Shown one piece after another: positions 63,013 to 64,000 of a DNA stretch of 64,000 nt (within the stretch, counting starts at the first letter, position 1; every line of letters begins with the position of its first letter). Under the pieces are notes generated by a model. That model was not told the origin of the DNA and did no database searches. It worked only from the letters and a program-made list of their open reading frames with translations. Made by a program: the position numbers and the translations under genes. Location: positions 1 to 64,000 of the forward strand of contig CDROCS010002096.1 of the NCBI GenBank assembly GCA_977020255.1, written 5' to 3'. The stretch comes from Obrimoposthia wandeli. Lineage: Eukaryota.

Positions 63013-64000
63013 GTTGTCAAATTATTCCTTTTATTTTGCTAATCTATGTAAATAATGAAAGTAATCGTTGCTTAATAAATATACTTTAAACAAATCTTGA
63101 TTCGGGAAAAATATAAATTTCAGATCAAAAATTACCAAAAGGTTTTGCTGCAACAAATTTCTAATTTGTACAAATACAACAAAATCACAATAATTACTTC
63201 ACAAAATATAAAAAAATTCAAAATTTCCAAAAATATAAACAAACTATATAATAACTAAATAAGTCATTATATAGTATGTAATAATTAATATTAATTTTTG
63301 AAGGATAAGCTATATTTTCAATTTATAAAAAATAAGAGTTCAATTCATTTTCATAATAAACAATAAAAAATAATAGTAACGAAAATTTAGTAACGACTTT
63401 ATTTATCGGTTAAACCGATTTAGTCATGCAGTACATACCATTCACTCAGAACACCATTTACAGCGTTTTAAGTAACACCATCTTGGAGTTCCAAGGTTCA
63501 GCTTTCTGTTTTTAATACATTTGTTGTGTTTTTTACTGTTTGAATATGTTTAATATCTTTAATCATTTATTTTTTACCGACATTATAGATAATCAATACA
63601 TTTTTATATTATAATAATTATAAAGGACTAAGTTAGGGCTATATTTATCAGAATCACAGTATAAGAGACAGTTTATATTAGCACCACTTTAACGTTTGAC
63701 CACTTGTATTATCCGTAACAAACTGTTGACTGGAAATGTCAACAAAGTGTTTTAATTATTTCATTTGAACAAATTTTAATTCCTTCATAAAATTTTTTAA
63801 TTAAGTTCAAACTGAAACACTAGTTTTAACATTAGCAAAATGTTAATAAATATTAGAAACATTTTTTGGTTTATATTATTATTTTAAAAAAATATTTTAT
63901 TACATTTAAAATTTTAATTTTATAACAAATGTTTGAAGTTTTATAATAATTTAATTTAATTGTGCTATTTGATATTATATATTTGATATAGTCTATTTAG

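Noticed and set aside
1-64000. Host species assignment
   Set aside because: AT richness and ~40-nt introns fit a compact-genome invertebrate, but nothing in the window identifies it.

Overview
AT-rich eukaryotic, probably invertebrate, genomic window with very short (about 38-48 nt) GT-AG introns. It is dominated by Polinton/Maverick (adintovirus-like) elements. E2 (14048-30287) is full length, with long hairpin-rich TIRs, AGTAGG/CCTACT ends and a perfect 6-bp TSD (GACATA), and encodes pPolB, integrase, packaging ATPase, major and minor capsid proteins and an adenain-type protease, several with stops or frameshifts. E1 (<1 to about 9560) is a divergent, decayed relative. E3 (43584-46020) is a deleted copy of the E2 family. 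A pPolB fragment of a different clade lies at 36190-37520. Main observations: (1) E1, E2 and E3 all carry a two-repeat TATA-binding-protein (TBP)-like gene at a TATA/CCAAT-rich divergent promoter; (2) element genes contain host-sized spliceosomal introns, one conserved in position and length between E1 and E2; (3) the pPolB gene has a spliced N-terminal Zn-binding/acidic extension; (4) E1 carries a decayed BIR+RING IAP gene and possibly tandem ubiquitin-like domains. Host genes are PPCS, two LRR-like genes and a ZC3H4/6-like CCCH gene with about 20 WG/GW motifs. That gene's last intron holds a Tc1 element nested in the repeat-built TIR of an IS630/Tc1-type element. All assignments come from manual motif reading; no database searches were run.
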